Below are positions 9,358-18,677 of a stretch of 64,000 nucleotides of DNA, one piece after another (positions within the stretch are counted from its first letter, which is position 1; each line of letters opens with the position of its first letter). Under the pieces are notes generated by a model. That model did not search any database. It saw only the letters and a program-made list of their open reading frames with translations, and was not told the DNA's origin. Origin of the DNA: a virus (Duplodnaviria; Caudoviricetes). The stretch lies in the IMG/VR virus record IMGVR_UViG_3300014205_000172, positions 1 to 64,000 of that record, one strand, 5' to 3'. A program made the translations under genes and the position numbers.

Positions 9358-12183
9358 ATGGATAACGATAATGCACGCGGTTCTTCTCGCGTCGAGCGGT
9401 TCAAGAACGCGTCAGAAGCTGACCTGCGCGTCGTCGATCGTCTGACCGCCGACAGATCCAACCCACGTAAGCCAGGTGGACGCGACATCGATGCAACGGC
9501 GCTGAATGCGGTCTTTCGAAGAACCTTGCGTGAAACGACAGACGTTCGTAACATCTTTAAGATCATGCCTGACCTTAACCTACCAAGAGAAATCTTGGTC
9601 AGTGCCGTTGTAGCGCCAGGCGATCTTGCAACAACCAGCCTGCTGTTTAAAAACAACTGCGGTAAGGACACCTCGCTTACTGGCGCGCTAACCGACCTGC
9701 TTCACAACCACTTTGTTAACGAACAAAAGCTTGAGCGTAAAGTCGCTCACTGGATTGACGATGCCCTGATCATGTCAGGCTCTCACCCAATCATGATCCT
9801 TCCAGAAGCGTCTATCGACCGCCTAGTACGTGGTGACGATGGCGGTGGCGCGAGCATGGAGTCCGTCAACTATTACGGCGGTGAATTTGAGAACAAATGG
9901 TTCAAGCCAAAAGGTATCTTCGGGCTGTCCTTGAGTGGGCAGAACGAGAAGCAACACTACCTTAGCGTCGAGAACGCAAGGGCGAGAACAGACATGCGAG
10001 ACATGCTGGACTGCCATACCATCAAGGTCGGGCGTCCTAATGGCACTCGCATAATGCTCCCTATCCGCGTTACGGATAACTTGGTAGCACTGCGTCAGCC
10101 AGCGGTTCAAAAGGTCCGTACTGCACAAGCGCTTGAATCGGTTTACGGCACCCCTGAACTTGAATCCCGTCGTCGTGCCCGACGTCAACGCGAACACAGT
10201 GAAGACGTAGCTGCTGGTCGTGATCCAAAGGCCAGCAAAGGTAAGAAGTCTGAAAAGACCATCGGTGATACAGCTGTCTTTAATCGCTTCTTTAAAGCCC
10301 CTCAGAAGGCGTCGAAGAACCGGTTGGAAGTTATCCCTACGTTGAAACAAGTAGGTGGTAAGACAGTAGGACACCCATTGGTGTATCACCTTGCTGCTGA
10401 ATCGGTTATGCCGATCTTCGTTCCAGGTGATCCAACTAACCACTTGGCTTATATCGTAGCCTTGGGTGGGAATGGCTATCCGATCTCGTTCACTACCTCA
10501 CTGGACTTCTACGATGACATCCGTAAAGGTTCCGCCGGTGGTGCCGATCAGGTGGGCTCCGCCTCTCAGGTAGCTGGCGAATTGCTGAACATGTCTAAAG
10601 AGACTATTCAGGGCGGTATCGCTAATGCCAGTGATGTGGTGATTGACCGCTTGGCCAGCATGCACGGCGACATGATTGAAAGTGATATCCTTGCTCGTTT
10701 GAAGTCGGGTATGTTGGGCGGTGATTTTGAACTGTCCCGTACTGACCACATCGACCGTATGTTGCTTGCCCGTACTAACAAAAACCAACTGACCACATTG
10801 CTGTACGTGCCAGCTGAGTTGATGGTGTACTGGGCGTACGACTATAACGAATACGGTATTGGTCGTTCGATCCTTGAAGACGCCAAGACTCTGGCCGCAC
10901 AGCGTGCTGCAGTCATGATGGCTTCGGTTATCGGCATGACCCGCAACTCTATCCCCGGTAAGAACATCAAGCTGACTGTGGATGAGTCCGACCGTGATCC
11001 ATTGGGTGCCGTAACCTTTGCCGCTAGTGAAGCCATGGCGTTGGCGTTTAACCAATTCCCTCTTGGCATTAGCAGCCCTCAGAGTTTGGCTGAACAATTA
11101 CAGATGTCGGCGATGTCGTTGACCGTATCGGGTAACCCTCGGTTCCCAACGATTGAAACAGAAGTGACAGCTGCTGAGAGTTCGTACAAGGCGGTTGACA
11201 TTGACTTCTTGAACAGTATGCGTGCTGACTTGGTTCGTGTCTTCAGCCTGACGCCAGAGATGGTAGACGGTGTGAACCAAGCTGACTTCGCAACCAGTAT
11301 TGTTCGCCAGTCTGTAATGTTACTCAAACGCGTGATGGTACTGCAGGGTGAGACTAACCCTCAGATTGCTGACTACGTGCGGATCTTTACTTTGAACTCA
11401 GGGCTTCTCATCGACTCGATGATGGACTTGATTGAAGAGAACAAGGCCGAGATACCAGAAGAGTACGCAGATGATCCTGAAGGCTTCCTGGAGGTCTTCA
11501 TGAACCAACTGACGGTGACTCTGCCTGAAGTTGTAACGGACTCCATGTCCAAGCAGTTGGAGATGTACAAAGAGTACGAAGCAGGTCTGGACGACTTGAT
11601 CGCAGCTTACCTCAAGGAAGATTACTTCGACGGCTACATGGACCCTGTTACACAAGCAGGTCTTACAAGCGCCGCTGCTGCCTGGAAGGGTCGTGAGCTG
11701 CGTCGTTGGATGCGTGAACGTGGCATGTTCCGTGATCTCGACATCTTCGGCACCGATGAAGAAGGGAGTCCTCTCTTTAAGTTAGGTGAGGAGATGGAAA
11801 CTTATGCTGAATCTGTCATGGCTGCTATTAGCGAGTTCAGTAAGAAATCTGCACGCGCTGCCGCTGCGCGTAAAAATGATGTCAAGACACTGAACAAGTT
11901 GGATCAGGTGGCTAAGGATGCCATTGCTGGCGGTGAGGATGAACCTGCTCCGGTAGAAGGTGGTGAAACACCAACTGACGGCATTGATGATCAGGGTGAC
12001 CAATGGCAAGATACCGGCGGTACGGATACCGAAGACGCGGCTAGCGATGATCTGAGTCCTCCTGATTTGGACGGTACAGGCGCGCCTGCTGAGGAGACTC
12101 CAGAGGAAACTGGAGATGAAGCTGCAAAGGCTAAACCTGCCGTCACTGATAACAGTGACGACTTGAGCCCACCTAAGCTGTAA
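9358..12183 (+). CDS. Portal protein (phiKZ gp129-like)
   Basis: About 941 aa; YWAYDYNEYGIGRSILE, protease-type motif ASMES, acidic C-terminal tail; RBS AGGAGA at 9345; synteny with the gp128-like gene. Confidence 0.65.
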   Translation: MDNDNARGSSRVERFKNASEADLRVVDRLTADRSNPRKPGGRDIDATALNAVFRRTLRETTDVRNIFKIMPDLNLPREILVSAVVAPGDLATTSLLFKNNCGKDTSLTGALTDLLHNHFVNEQKLERKVAHWIDDALIMSGSHPIMILPEASIDRLVRGDDGGGASMESVNYYGGEFENKWFKPKGIFGLSLSGQNEKQHYLSVENARARTDMRDMLDCHTIKVGRPNGTRIMLPIRVTDNLVALRQPAVQKVRTAQALESVYGTPELESRRRARRQREHSEDVAAGRDPKASKGKKSEKTIGDTAVFNRFFKAPQKASKNRLEVIPTLKQVGGKTVGHPLVYHLAAESVMPIFVPGDPTNHLAYIVALGGNGYPISFTTSLDFYDDIRKGSAGGADQVGSASQVAGELLNMSKETIQGGIANASDVVIDRLASMHGDMIESDILARLKSGMLGGDFELSRTDHIDRMLLARTNKNQLTTLLYVPAELMVYWAYDYNEYGIGRSILEDAKTLAAQRAAVMMASVIGMTRNSIPGKNIKLTVDESDRDPLGAVTFAASEAMALAFNQFPLGISSPQSLAEQLQMSAMSLTVSGNPRFPTIETEVTAAESSYKAVDIDFLNSMRADLVRVFSLTPEMVDGVNQADFATSIVRQSVMLLKRVMVLQGETNPQIADYVRIFTLNSGLLIDSMMDLIEENKAEIPEEYADDPEGFLEVFMNQLTVTLPEVVTDSMSKQLEMYKEYEAGLDDLIAAYLKEDYFDGYMDPVTQAGLTSAAAAWKGRELRRWMRERGMFRDLDIFGTDEEGSPLFKLGEEMETYAESVMAAISEFSKKSARAAAARKNDVKTLNKLDQVAKDAIAGGEDEPAPVEGGETPTDGIDDQGDQWQDTGGTDTEDAASDDLSPPDLDGTGAPAEETPEETGDEAAKAKPAVTDNSDDLSPPKL

Positions 12184-12189
12184 GCATTT

Positions 12190-12234
12190 GCGGACGGGCT
12201 TCGGCTCGTCCGTTTATGCCGTAAGTTGTTTTTT
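12190..12234 (+). terminator. Terminator after portal
   Basis: GCGGACGGGC-ttcg-GCTCGTCCGT then TTATGCCG and a T-rich tract. Confidence 0.75.
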
Positions 12235-12385
12235 GTAAACTTTAACTTTTATGTTATTTATTGTATAGGCAAAACTAGTGCAGAGAACTCGGTAGACTTG
12301 GGACTATATTCATGGGGAGGGGGGCTTTTAGTGGAACACTCATTAAACATTAGTAGTGTTTAATACCTCCTGTTTAGATAACAAC

Positions 12386-12417
12386 TACACGCCGGCCTCA
12401 TGCCGGCGTGTATGCCG
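12386..12417. repeat. Intergenic palindrome (TATGCCG family)
   Basis: TACACGCCGGC-ctcat-GCCGGCGTGTA-TGCCG. Confidence 0.7.
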
Positions 12418-12421
12418 CATC

Positions 12422-12457
12422 ATTGAACTTTATGTCAGTCATACATCACGATGATGC
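12422..12457 (+). promoter_or_regulatory. Putative early (virion RNAP) promoter
   Basis: ATTGAACTTTATGTCAGTCATACATCACGATGATGC aligns without gaps to four copies at 59231-60590. Confidence 0.6.
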
Positions 12458-12540
12458 CATACGCCTAACAAAGGTTATTGGTAATCCCTCAAACAACCTG
12501 ACGAGCATACACACTCTAGGGTCAACGCAAGGTAAGTATC

Positions 12541-13662
12541 ATGGATAGCACCACTCTGATTTCCAGCGAGTTGATCGACGGCATCATCGTTAACACTCAC
12601 GATCTTCAAACACCAATTTCCCGTCCTGCTGATCTACACACTGTACTCGTAAAAGGTCAGGCACTCATCAAAGGCGAAAACCACGATATCGGTAAGGCCA
12701 CGCATTACGGCATGTCCACCAACTTGTCTGAGGTTACTAAAGAACTCAGCAAATATGATCTGCAGTCACGTATCCGCACAACGTACTTCGGCCGTAAGCT
12801 GGAAGCGTTCCTTAAAGAATCCGGCATTGTCGGGGTCGATATAGAAAGCGTCATCGAACAGCTCAGCAACACCATCGTCTGCACCGAGGACGCCGGTAAG
12901 AAGTTGGGTAATATTTATTCGGCGGATAGCGATGCCTTCGCTAAGATCGTCATTAATGACATCTGGTCGATCCGCATGTGGCGTAAGCCTGAAGGCTGGG
13001 GCAGTCTGAATAAAGAGCTGGGTTTCTACGGTACCTTTGACATGTCGGTCCCCGGCGGTGGGTGCGGTACGGTCGACGGTAGTTTCCAGTTGGTCCATCG
13101 GGAAACCGTTTACGGTAAGTCTCGAATGGATTTTATCACCTCCCGGTCCATTGATCGTTCAGACTACAATCTTTTACAAGACTGGCTGGCTCAAGAATTC
13201 ATTGATCGTTGGGCGTTCTTGATGCCGTTGGAAGTCCAGACAGCTTTGAACTTTCAATTCGATGAAAGTTGCTTTTACAGCCCTAGTGGTATCTCCGACC
13301 AGTTACAGATGGCAGGCGTTACAGTTCCAGCAGGGTCGCAACTCGGTAAGGAAGGGGCGGGTATCATTCAGCGGATGTTGCCAGGCGGTCTTGTTGCTGC
13401 ATTTCAGACAGACACTTTGATTCAGCGCCGGTTGGCTAAGTTGCGTCCTGGTGTGGAGATTCAAATACTTGGAACTGTTAGTACGGTTATTGAAACTATC
13501 GTGCTGGATACTCCAACTGGCGCTGGTACTTGGTTGATTATCCGGTCTAAGGCAGACGATGGTGAAACATTCATGTTCTTAGTGGGTGCCCGTCACAGCG
13601 ATGACAGTTACCCTACTGGTATTCCAGTACATGAGTTGGCAACCGTCCTGTTTACTGTCTAA
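12541..13662 (+). CDS. Hypothetical protein (probable early gene)
   Basis: 373-aa ORF with RBS AAGG, own promoter-like motif and terminator. Confidence 0.8.
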   Translation: MDSTTLISSELIDGIIVNTHDLQTPISRPADLHTVLVKGQALIKGENHDIGKATHYGMSTNLSEVTKELSKYDLQSRIRTTYFGRKLEAFLKESGIVGVDIESVIEQLSNTIVCTEDAGKKLGNIYSADSDAFAKIVINDIWSIRMWRKPEGWGSLNKELGFYGTFDMSVPGGGCGTVDGSFQLVHRETVYGKSRMDFITSRSIDRSDYNLLQDWLAQEFIDRWAFLMPLEVQTALNFQFDESCFYSPSGISDQLQMAGVTVPAGSQLGKEGAGIIQRMLPGGLVAAFQTDTLIQRRLAKLRPGVEIQILGTVSTVIETIVLDTPTGAGTWLIIRSKADDGETFMFLVGARHSDDSYPTGIPVHELATVLFTV

Positions 13663-13669
13663 CTAGCAG

Positions 13670-13716
13670 CATACACCCCCGGCATTAGCCGGGGGTGTAT
13701 GTCTGTTCTTTTTTTT
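13670..13716. terminator. Palindromic terminator between convergent genes
   Basis: CATACACCCCCGGC-atta-GCCGGGGGTGTATG then TCTGTTCTTTTTTTT. Confidence 0.8.
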
Positions 13717-14458
13717 AGTACTGTTTTACATTGTCACCAATGAAACCTTCGATCAGGTGGTTCACCACGATGTGGGCGCACTCAGCCTTGGTGATCGTGC
13801 CATCAAGGTTCATGTCCAGACCACCGTTTTGCGAATACGCGGTAGGTTGTTTCTCTTTGGTCCACAGAACGAAGTCATCTGGCTTGTCCGCAGCTACAGG
13901 CCAAAGAATGCACATGTACAGCGACGCGATGCTGTTCACCTTGCCGGCGTATGGCGTGAAGTACTTCTCGACGTAATCAAGTTGTTGCAACACGGTCATT
14001 TTGGCCAGGCGGTTAACGGAATCAAGACCGGCCGCTTTCTTTTGGTCAGCGGACATGACCTTGATCTGAGCGGCTGTGTAGAAGTACACGATCGCCGTCG
14101 CGGGGATGAACTGAATCAGTCCTGTGGCCATGATGCTGTTCTGAATCGATGGGCTGAACGACCGGGCGCTCTCGAAGGCCATGCAGCCCATGATCCATTG
14201 AAGAGCTGCGGCGGGCCAGCGCAGGTTGGTGATCATCTGCTTCAGACGCGCTGTCTCAGCAGGACCAAACTTCACACCCCATGCCAACTTGTTAACACCC
14301 AGCGGTTTGCTCGGATCGAGCGTGGAGTTGATCAGGTCATTTAAAGCCTTGACCGAACCTGCTCCCCAACCACCATCGATTGCCAATGGTGGGTTGTAAA
14401 ACCCCAGTGTCCTGAGCCAGGTCTGGGATTTCATCACCGTACTTTTTTGATCAGCCAT
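13715..14458 (-). CDS. Modular endolysin: N-terminal peptidoglycan-binding domain plus lysozyme-like catalytic domain
   Basis: QTWLRTLGFY...IDGGWGAGS (PG_binding_1 pattern); MAFESARSFSP...ATGLIQF (catalytic E, GLIQF); QLDYVEKYF. Confidence 0.8.
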   Translation of the reverse strand: MADQKSTVMKSQTWLRTLGFYNPPLAIDGGWGAGSVKALNDLINSTLDPSKPLGVNKLAWGVKFGPAETARLKQMITNLRWPAAALQWIMGCMAFESARSFSPSIQNSIMATGLIQFIPATAIVYFYTAAQIKVMSADQKKAAGLDSVNRLAKMTVLQQLDYVEKYFTPYAGKVNSIASLYMCILWPVAADKPDDFVLWTKEKQPTAYSQNGGLDMNLDGTITKAECAHIVVNHLIEGFIGDNVKQY

Positions 14459-14466
14459 GTGAGCCT

Positions 14467-15087
14467 CTACTTGGTTTTAAGGATACTGAGCGCTACCCGT
14501 ACAGGATCAAACTCACCTGCTGGTAGTACGGTTTCATCGAGGTGTTGCGCCGCACCGTCTTTTGTGTAATCGATGCTGAGCGATGCACTGATGCGGGTCA
14601 GCGGACTGCCTGAGACGGTATTGAAGGTGGCCTGCAATTCAATCTCATCAAGACCGGCGAAAGTACCCATGGTCTTAGTGAAGGTAGTGCCTTGCTCAAG
14701 CACCGTATCTTTTTCGATACCTTCAAGCTTTACGCCATCCTGGCCATGATACCACTTCAAGTAGCTTTCACTACCCCAGTACTCAGCCAGGATAGGTGTC
14801 AGCACAGGACCGCGCACCAGACAGTCAAACCACTCTGTACCATCCGGTGCTTTCAGGATCTCACCAGCGGCGTACTGAGAGGCGGTAGACGGCATTTGAG
14901 TATATCGCATCACCTGGTACTCCATTACGCCCACAGCGGCGTTAGGACCCTTGGTGAGGTATCTGGCAGCGTGAATACGTGCAGGCTTCACACCATCGGC
15001 ACTGTGGATCAAAAACAATCCACGGTCTAGACCGTCATAGGGGTTCGACACTTGTACGTTAATCGGCAATTCAGGTGTGGGTTGCAT
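14467..15087 (-). CDS. Hypothetical protein, tail-fibre associated
   Basis: Start reassigned to MQPTPE (15087) to avoid overlap with the upstream gene; in the fibre operon. Confidence 0.65.
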   Translation of the reverse strand: MQPTPELPINVQVSNPYDGLDRGLFLIHSADGVKPARIHAARYLTKGPNAAVGVMEYQVMRYTQMPSTASQYAAGEILKAPDGTEWFDCLVRGPVLTPILAEYWGSESYLKWYHGQDGVKLEGIEKDTVLEQGTTFTKTMGTFAGLDEIELQATFNTVSGSPLTRISASLSIDYTKDGAAQHLDETVLPAGEFDPVRVALSILKTK

Positions 15088-15101
15088 GTGTGGTGCTTCC
15101 G

Positions 15102-16889
15102 TTAATTGATGCGGTTGATGGCGCCAGCGACGGTAAGACTGAACTTGATTGCGTTTGTGATACCTGTAACGATGCGGGGGGCGCCGAAGATATCTTGCGC
15201 AGTCAAGCCAGGAATAATCACCCATGACGGATAGACGTATTCAAACACCTCATTACGCTGTGCATCAATGATGCAAGGCGGTTCAGTGGTGAGACTTGCC
15301 TTTGCAGCGTTTGCGGACGCTGTGGTCTGAAAGATGTAAGCTGTGGTATCTGCACCAACGTACCCTGCGGTGAACTGACGAATAAACGACAAGTTACGAG
15401 CAGACTCGCCAATCATGGTAAGCTTTTGGGTTGGGAACAAATCCTTTACATCACTGATAACGTTGTTGATCAGGTTGTTGCGATCAACCGCGACATACTC
15501 ATCACGCGCCAGCAGGGAGGTAGTTTCAGCGAAGTCGAGTGAAGTGGCAATAGGTGGCTGATAACGATCAATAGTCAACGTCTTCTTGTAACTAAAAGGC
15601 GTCGTCACATCAATCGTGAACACATCCTTATTGGCGACCGGAAATACATTGCTACCCGCAAACCAATTGAACACCGTCCCTGTTTGATCATCGCGAATAA
15701 AGCTTGCGATCTTTTTACCATTACGAAGAATGCTGCCCCTCAATGTACCGAGCCCTGCAGATTCAATGTACGGCAAGAAGTCAGAGCTTGGTTGAACGGT
15801 CTTGTAGGTATCGCCGAGGTTGTTCATCGCAGCGTCACGCCACCAGATGAACTCGCCAATAACTACGTTGTAAAGATATCTGAATGTGCGGGTACTGCCG
15901 TCTTTCATAACGGCTAAGACAGACACAACGTATTTACCATCAGCGTTGAAATTCAGTGTAGGCGCTGTGTCCTTGGTATACTCAGGATACGTCGCTACCA
16001 CCACTTTCGATTCACTGGGGCCGGCCTGCAAGGTGTCAGCATTGGACATGCCATTATACAGCGCATGGTCACCATACGTTCGACGTAGGAACCCAATGTT
16101 CACAGGAACCCGGTCATAGTTACCTGTGAAGAACGAACCGAAGTTACGCATGACCAAGTTAGCTGTTCTGTAAAACCCACCGTTCCTGACATCAGCCTGT
16201 TCAAGGGTATCGTTTACATAGCTACCATGGTCAGTGATGAAGATCAAACCGTTACCGGATTCACGGTAAGTCACCATGTCCGTGATCGCCGCATCGGTGA
16301 TCAACTGAGCGCCAGTGTAGTGCGAACTCATCATCAGCACGCAAGCGTACTGGTCCATCTCTGTAAACGTTGGTTGAAGCTGGTTACCCCCAGCATAGAA
16401 CCGCTGGTCTTTAAAGGTGGGTGTGAATCCAGCTACTCGGCAAATACCGGACAATGAGTTAAAGAACCCATCGCCTCGGTTACCATCCATCAGCGAGTAA
16501 TAGTTACCAGGCGTCACATCTCCCAGCAGCAAGATCTTCTTGTTACCGATCGCTACTTTGGCAGGGTTTGCGCAAAAGTGAATGGCGTTGTGCAGGTACT
16601 TACCCGCACCACTCAATGCGTCAAAGTTGGAAGGTCTGGCCGGGTTACCGCTAGCGTTGTAAAACTTCGGAAACCCACCATCATACACAACGTTACCACG
16701 CCCATCTTGCGTTACAGCCAGAAATGGGTTAGGTGGCGTCAGTGTGTCGTATGCGATATACCGAGACATGGTCGGCTGAGGACCATTGACCGTATAACTG
16801 AACCGATCAACTTCAGCATCAAGCGACCAGTTTAGAGTGATCGCCTGATGATACAGACCACCTGGTAAAGTAAGCTCAACTTCAGCCAT
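15102..16889 (-). CDS. Putative tail fibre / receptor-binding virion protein
   Basis: 595 aa, rich in G/N/T and aromatic residues; RBS AGGAG; inside the fibre operon. Confidence 0.6.
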   Translation of the reverse strand: MAEVELTLPGGLYHQAITLNWSLDAEVDRFSYTVNGPQPTMSRYIAYDTLTPPNPFLAVTQDGRGNVVYDGGFPKFYNASGNPARPSNFDALSGAGKYLHNAIHFCANPAKVAIGNKKILLLGDVTPGNYYSLMDGNRGDGFFNSLSGICRVAGFTPTFKDQRFYAGGNQLQPTFTEMDQYACVLMMSSHYTGAQLITDAAITDMVTYRESGNGLIFITDHGSYVNDTLEQADVRNGGFYRTANLVMRNFGSFFTGNYDRVPVNIGFLRRTYGDHALYNGMSNADTLQAGPSESKVVVATYPEYTKDTAPTLNFNADGKYVVSVLAVMKDGSTRTFRYLYNVVIGEFIWWRDAAMNNLGDTYKTVQPSSDFLPYIESAGLGTLRGSILRNGKKIASFIRDDQTGTVFNWFAGSNVFPVANKDVFTIDVTTPFSYKKTLTIDRYQPPIATSLDFAETTSLLARDEYVAVDRNNLINNVISDVKDLFPTQKLTMIGESARNLSFIRQFTAGYVGADTTAYIFQTTASANAAKASLTTEPPCIIDAQRNEVFEYVYPSWVIIPGLTAQDIFGAPRIVTGITNAIKFSLTVAGAINRIN

Positions 16890-16898
16890 GATAGCTCC

Positions 16899-17792
16899 TT
16901 AGGAAGCTCTAGGTACGTCAACGCGCACAAAGAACTCCAACGGTGTGGTGAAGTAATTGACCAGTTTAATTACACCGTCGGGGGTAATCGCTTGGGTCAG
17001 GACGTTTTCGGTATTGATCATCATGTTGAACGTTGGCGATGCCGAGTTCGGGTTTTGAACACGCGTAGTGATACGCGCTGCCATCATGTCCCATTCAAGG
17101 TACCCAGCGCCAAGCAGTGTCTTCATGTTGTAGTTTACGGTACCACCGGCTGGGATCGTGACCGTTTCACGCACGATGGGTCTAACGCTATCTCGCATCC
17201 CTTGGATAACACCGTTCCAGTACGTGTCACGGTCCGACAACTGCTTAAGCAGCAGAGTGCGAGAAGCACCATCGCCTTCACGGATAGCTGCAGCGACGTC
17301 ATATTCCGATTCGACCAGATACTTCATGCCGTACAGATCGTAGACATCGTGTAGGTGAGGCGCCGCTGGGAACATGGCGGGTACGCCAACGAGATCACCC
17401 CAGTTTACCTGACGGTTATCGTTAAGCAATGCCTCGATGGCCTGCTGGATGGCGTAGTACGAGTAAGAGAACTCACCGCCCACGTATTGCAGTCCAGCGA
17501 GGATCTGAGTGCTGACATCAGGGTTGACAATTTGAACAGCCGTATAAACAGCTTGGCCGGCACGATCAGACGCTTCTTTGTATTTGTGAACCAGTCTGTA
17601 ATCAAGCACTGGTTTCAGTTCGGCGCCTGAGACGGCATCAATGAAGACGGCGGTATTGCCGAAGAAAGGGCCGTAGTCGGCCACGAAAATCCGACCAATG
17701 CGAGTACCGATTGTGTGAGCTTCGCCAACCACCTTGTTGTCGATGCTGGTGCCAAGGAGGTCTAACGGGTATTTAAAGATCGTGTTAGCCAT
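16899..17792 (-). CDS. Tail-fibre anchor protein (phiKZ gp145/146-like N-terminal domain)
   Basis: YPLDLLG...N.VV.E, GPFF, LQYVGGEF, P..FPAAPHLHDV.D motifs shared with 18678-20021. Confidence 0.7.
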   Translation of the reverse strand: MANTIFKYPLDLLGTSIDNKVVGEAHTIGTRIGRIFVADYGPFFGNTAVFIDAVSGAELKPVLDYRLVHKYKEASDRAGQAVYTAVQIVNPDVSTQILAGLQYVGGEFSYSYYAIQQAIEALLNDNRQVNWGDLVGVPAMFPAAPHLHDVYDLYGMKYLVESEYDVAAAIREGDGASRTLLLKQLSDRDTYWNGVIQGMRDSVRPIVRETVTIPAGGTVNYNMKTLLGAGYLEWDMMAARITTRVQNPNSASPTFNMMINTENVLTQAITPDGVIKLVNYFTTPLEFFVRVDVPRAS

Positions 17793-17862
17793 GAAAGAAG
17801 GTCCCTACAAATATAAAGAAGTAACGCCACCTGTGGTCGGCGGCGAGTTACTAATGATGGGG

Positions 17863-18666
17863 TTATTGAATGGGTCCTCGGATATCACCTTGGGTCGTAA
17901 TCGTCAGTAACCCATTGGATACAATTGCCGCGCCGGCGGCGCCACCAGGACCATAACGGTTATCGCTACTACCGATCGCACCGCCGCTACCGCCAGGTTG
18001 GCCAGGAGCGCCGCCGTAACCCACACCGTAACCAGTGGTATTACCACCAGCCGTTTGAGTACCGGCGGTCCCTGGATATACGTACCCAGGAACCCAGGTA
18101 ACTGCACCACCTTGACCGCCCAACAAACCAGAACCGCCACCACCAGGGCCGTTGTTGTCGTTACTGCCACCCCATTCGGCTGACCCGCCGCCACCGCCAC
18201 CGCCGCCCCAGATCTTCGCTCCGTTCTGGAGTTCAGTTGGGTAATCGAGGAATAATGCCATCGACCCAGCCTGACCCTGCACGTAGCTCTTATCGGCGTT
18301 AAACCAACCGCCCCGACCGCCCATGCCCTGGATCACCCCATTATTCTGGATGATCAGCACGGAGCCATCAGGGAAGACACCGGTTTTCAACGACGGTACG
18401 CCCCAGGTGTTGGAGCCGATATTGCCGTTGTTAATGAAGATGTACGTAGACGGTGTATCAATCTCCCCGAACAGGTCCTTGATGGTTAAGTTGTAACCAG
18501 TACCCGTCCAAGTGTAGTAAACGACGCCTGGCCATACTTCTTTCCAACCAGCCTCTGTTTTTACAGAAACCTTTTTAGCAGCTACCCAATCGCCATCCTG
18601 TTTAATGAATGGCTTTTTAACTTTGGAGTACGCTGCATCAGAGGTTTTGATACTGATGCTAGGCAT
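17863..18666 (-). CDS. Glycine-rich receptor-recognition adhesin (T-even gp38-like)
   Basis: FINNGNIGS, IQNNGVIQGMGGRGG, IWGGGGGGGG, GGGGSG..GG.GG, GG.PGQPG, GGAAGAAI...DIRG: polyglycine-II adhesin pattern. Confidence 0.75.
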   Translation of the reverse strand: MPSISIKTSDAAYSKVKKPFIKQDGDWVAAKKVSVKTEAGWKEVWPGVVYYTWTGTGYNLTIKDLFGEIDTPSTYIFINNGNIGSNTWGVPSLKTGVFPDGSVLIIQNNGVIQGMGGRGGWFNADKSYVQGQAGSMALFLDYPTELQNGAKIWGGGGGGGGSAEWGGSNDNNGPGGGGSGLLGGQGGAVTWVPGYVYPGTAGTQTAGGNTTGYGVGYGGAPGQPGGSGGAIGSSDNRYGPGGAAGAAIVSNGLLTITTQGDIRGPIQ

Positions 18667-18677
18667 GTCCTAACTCC

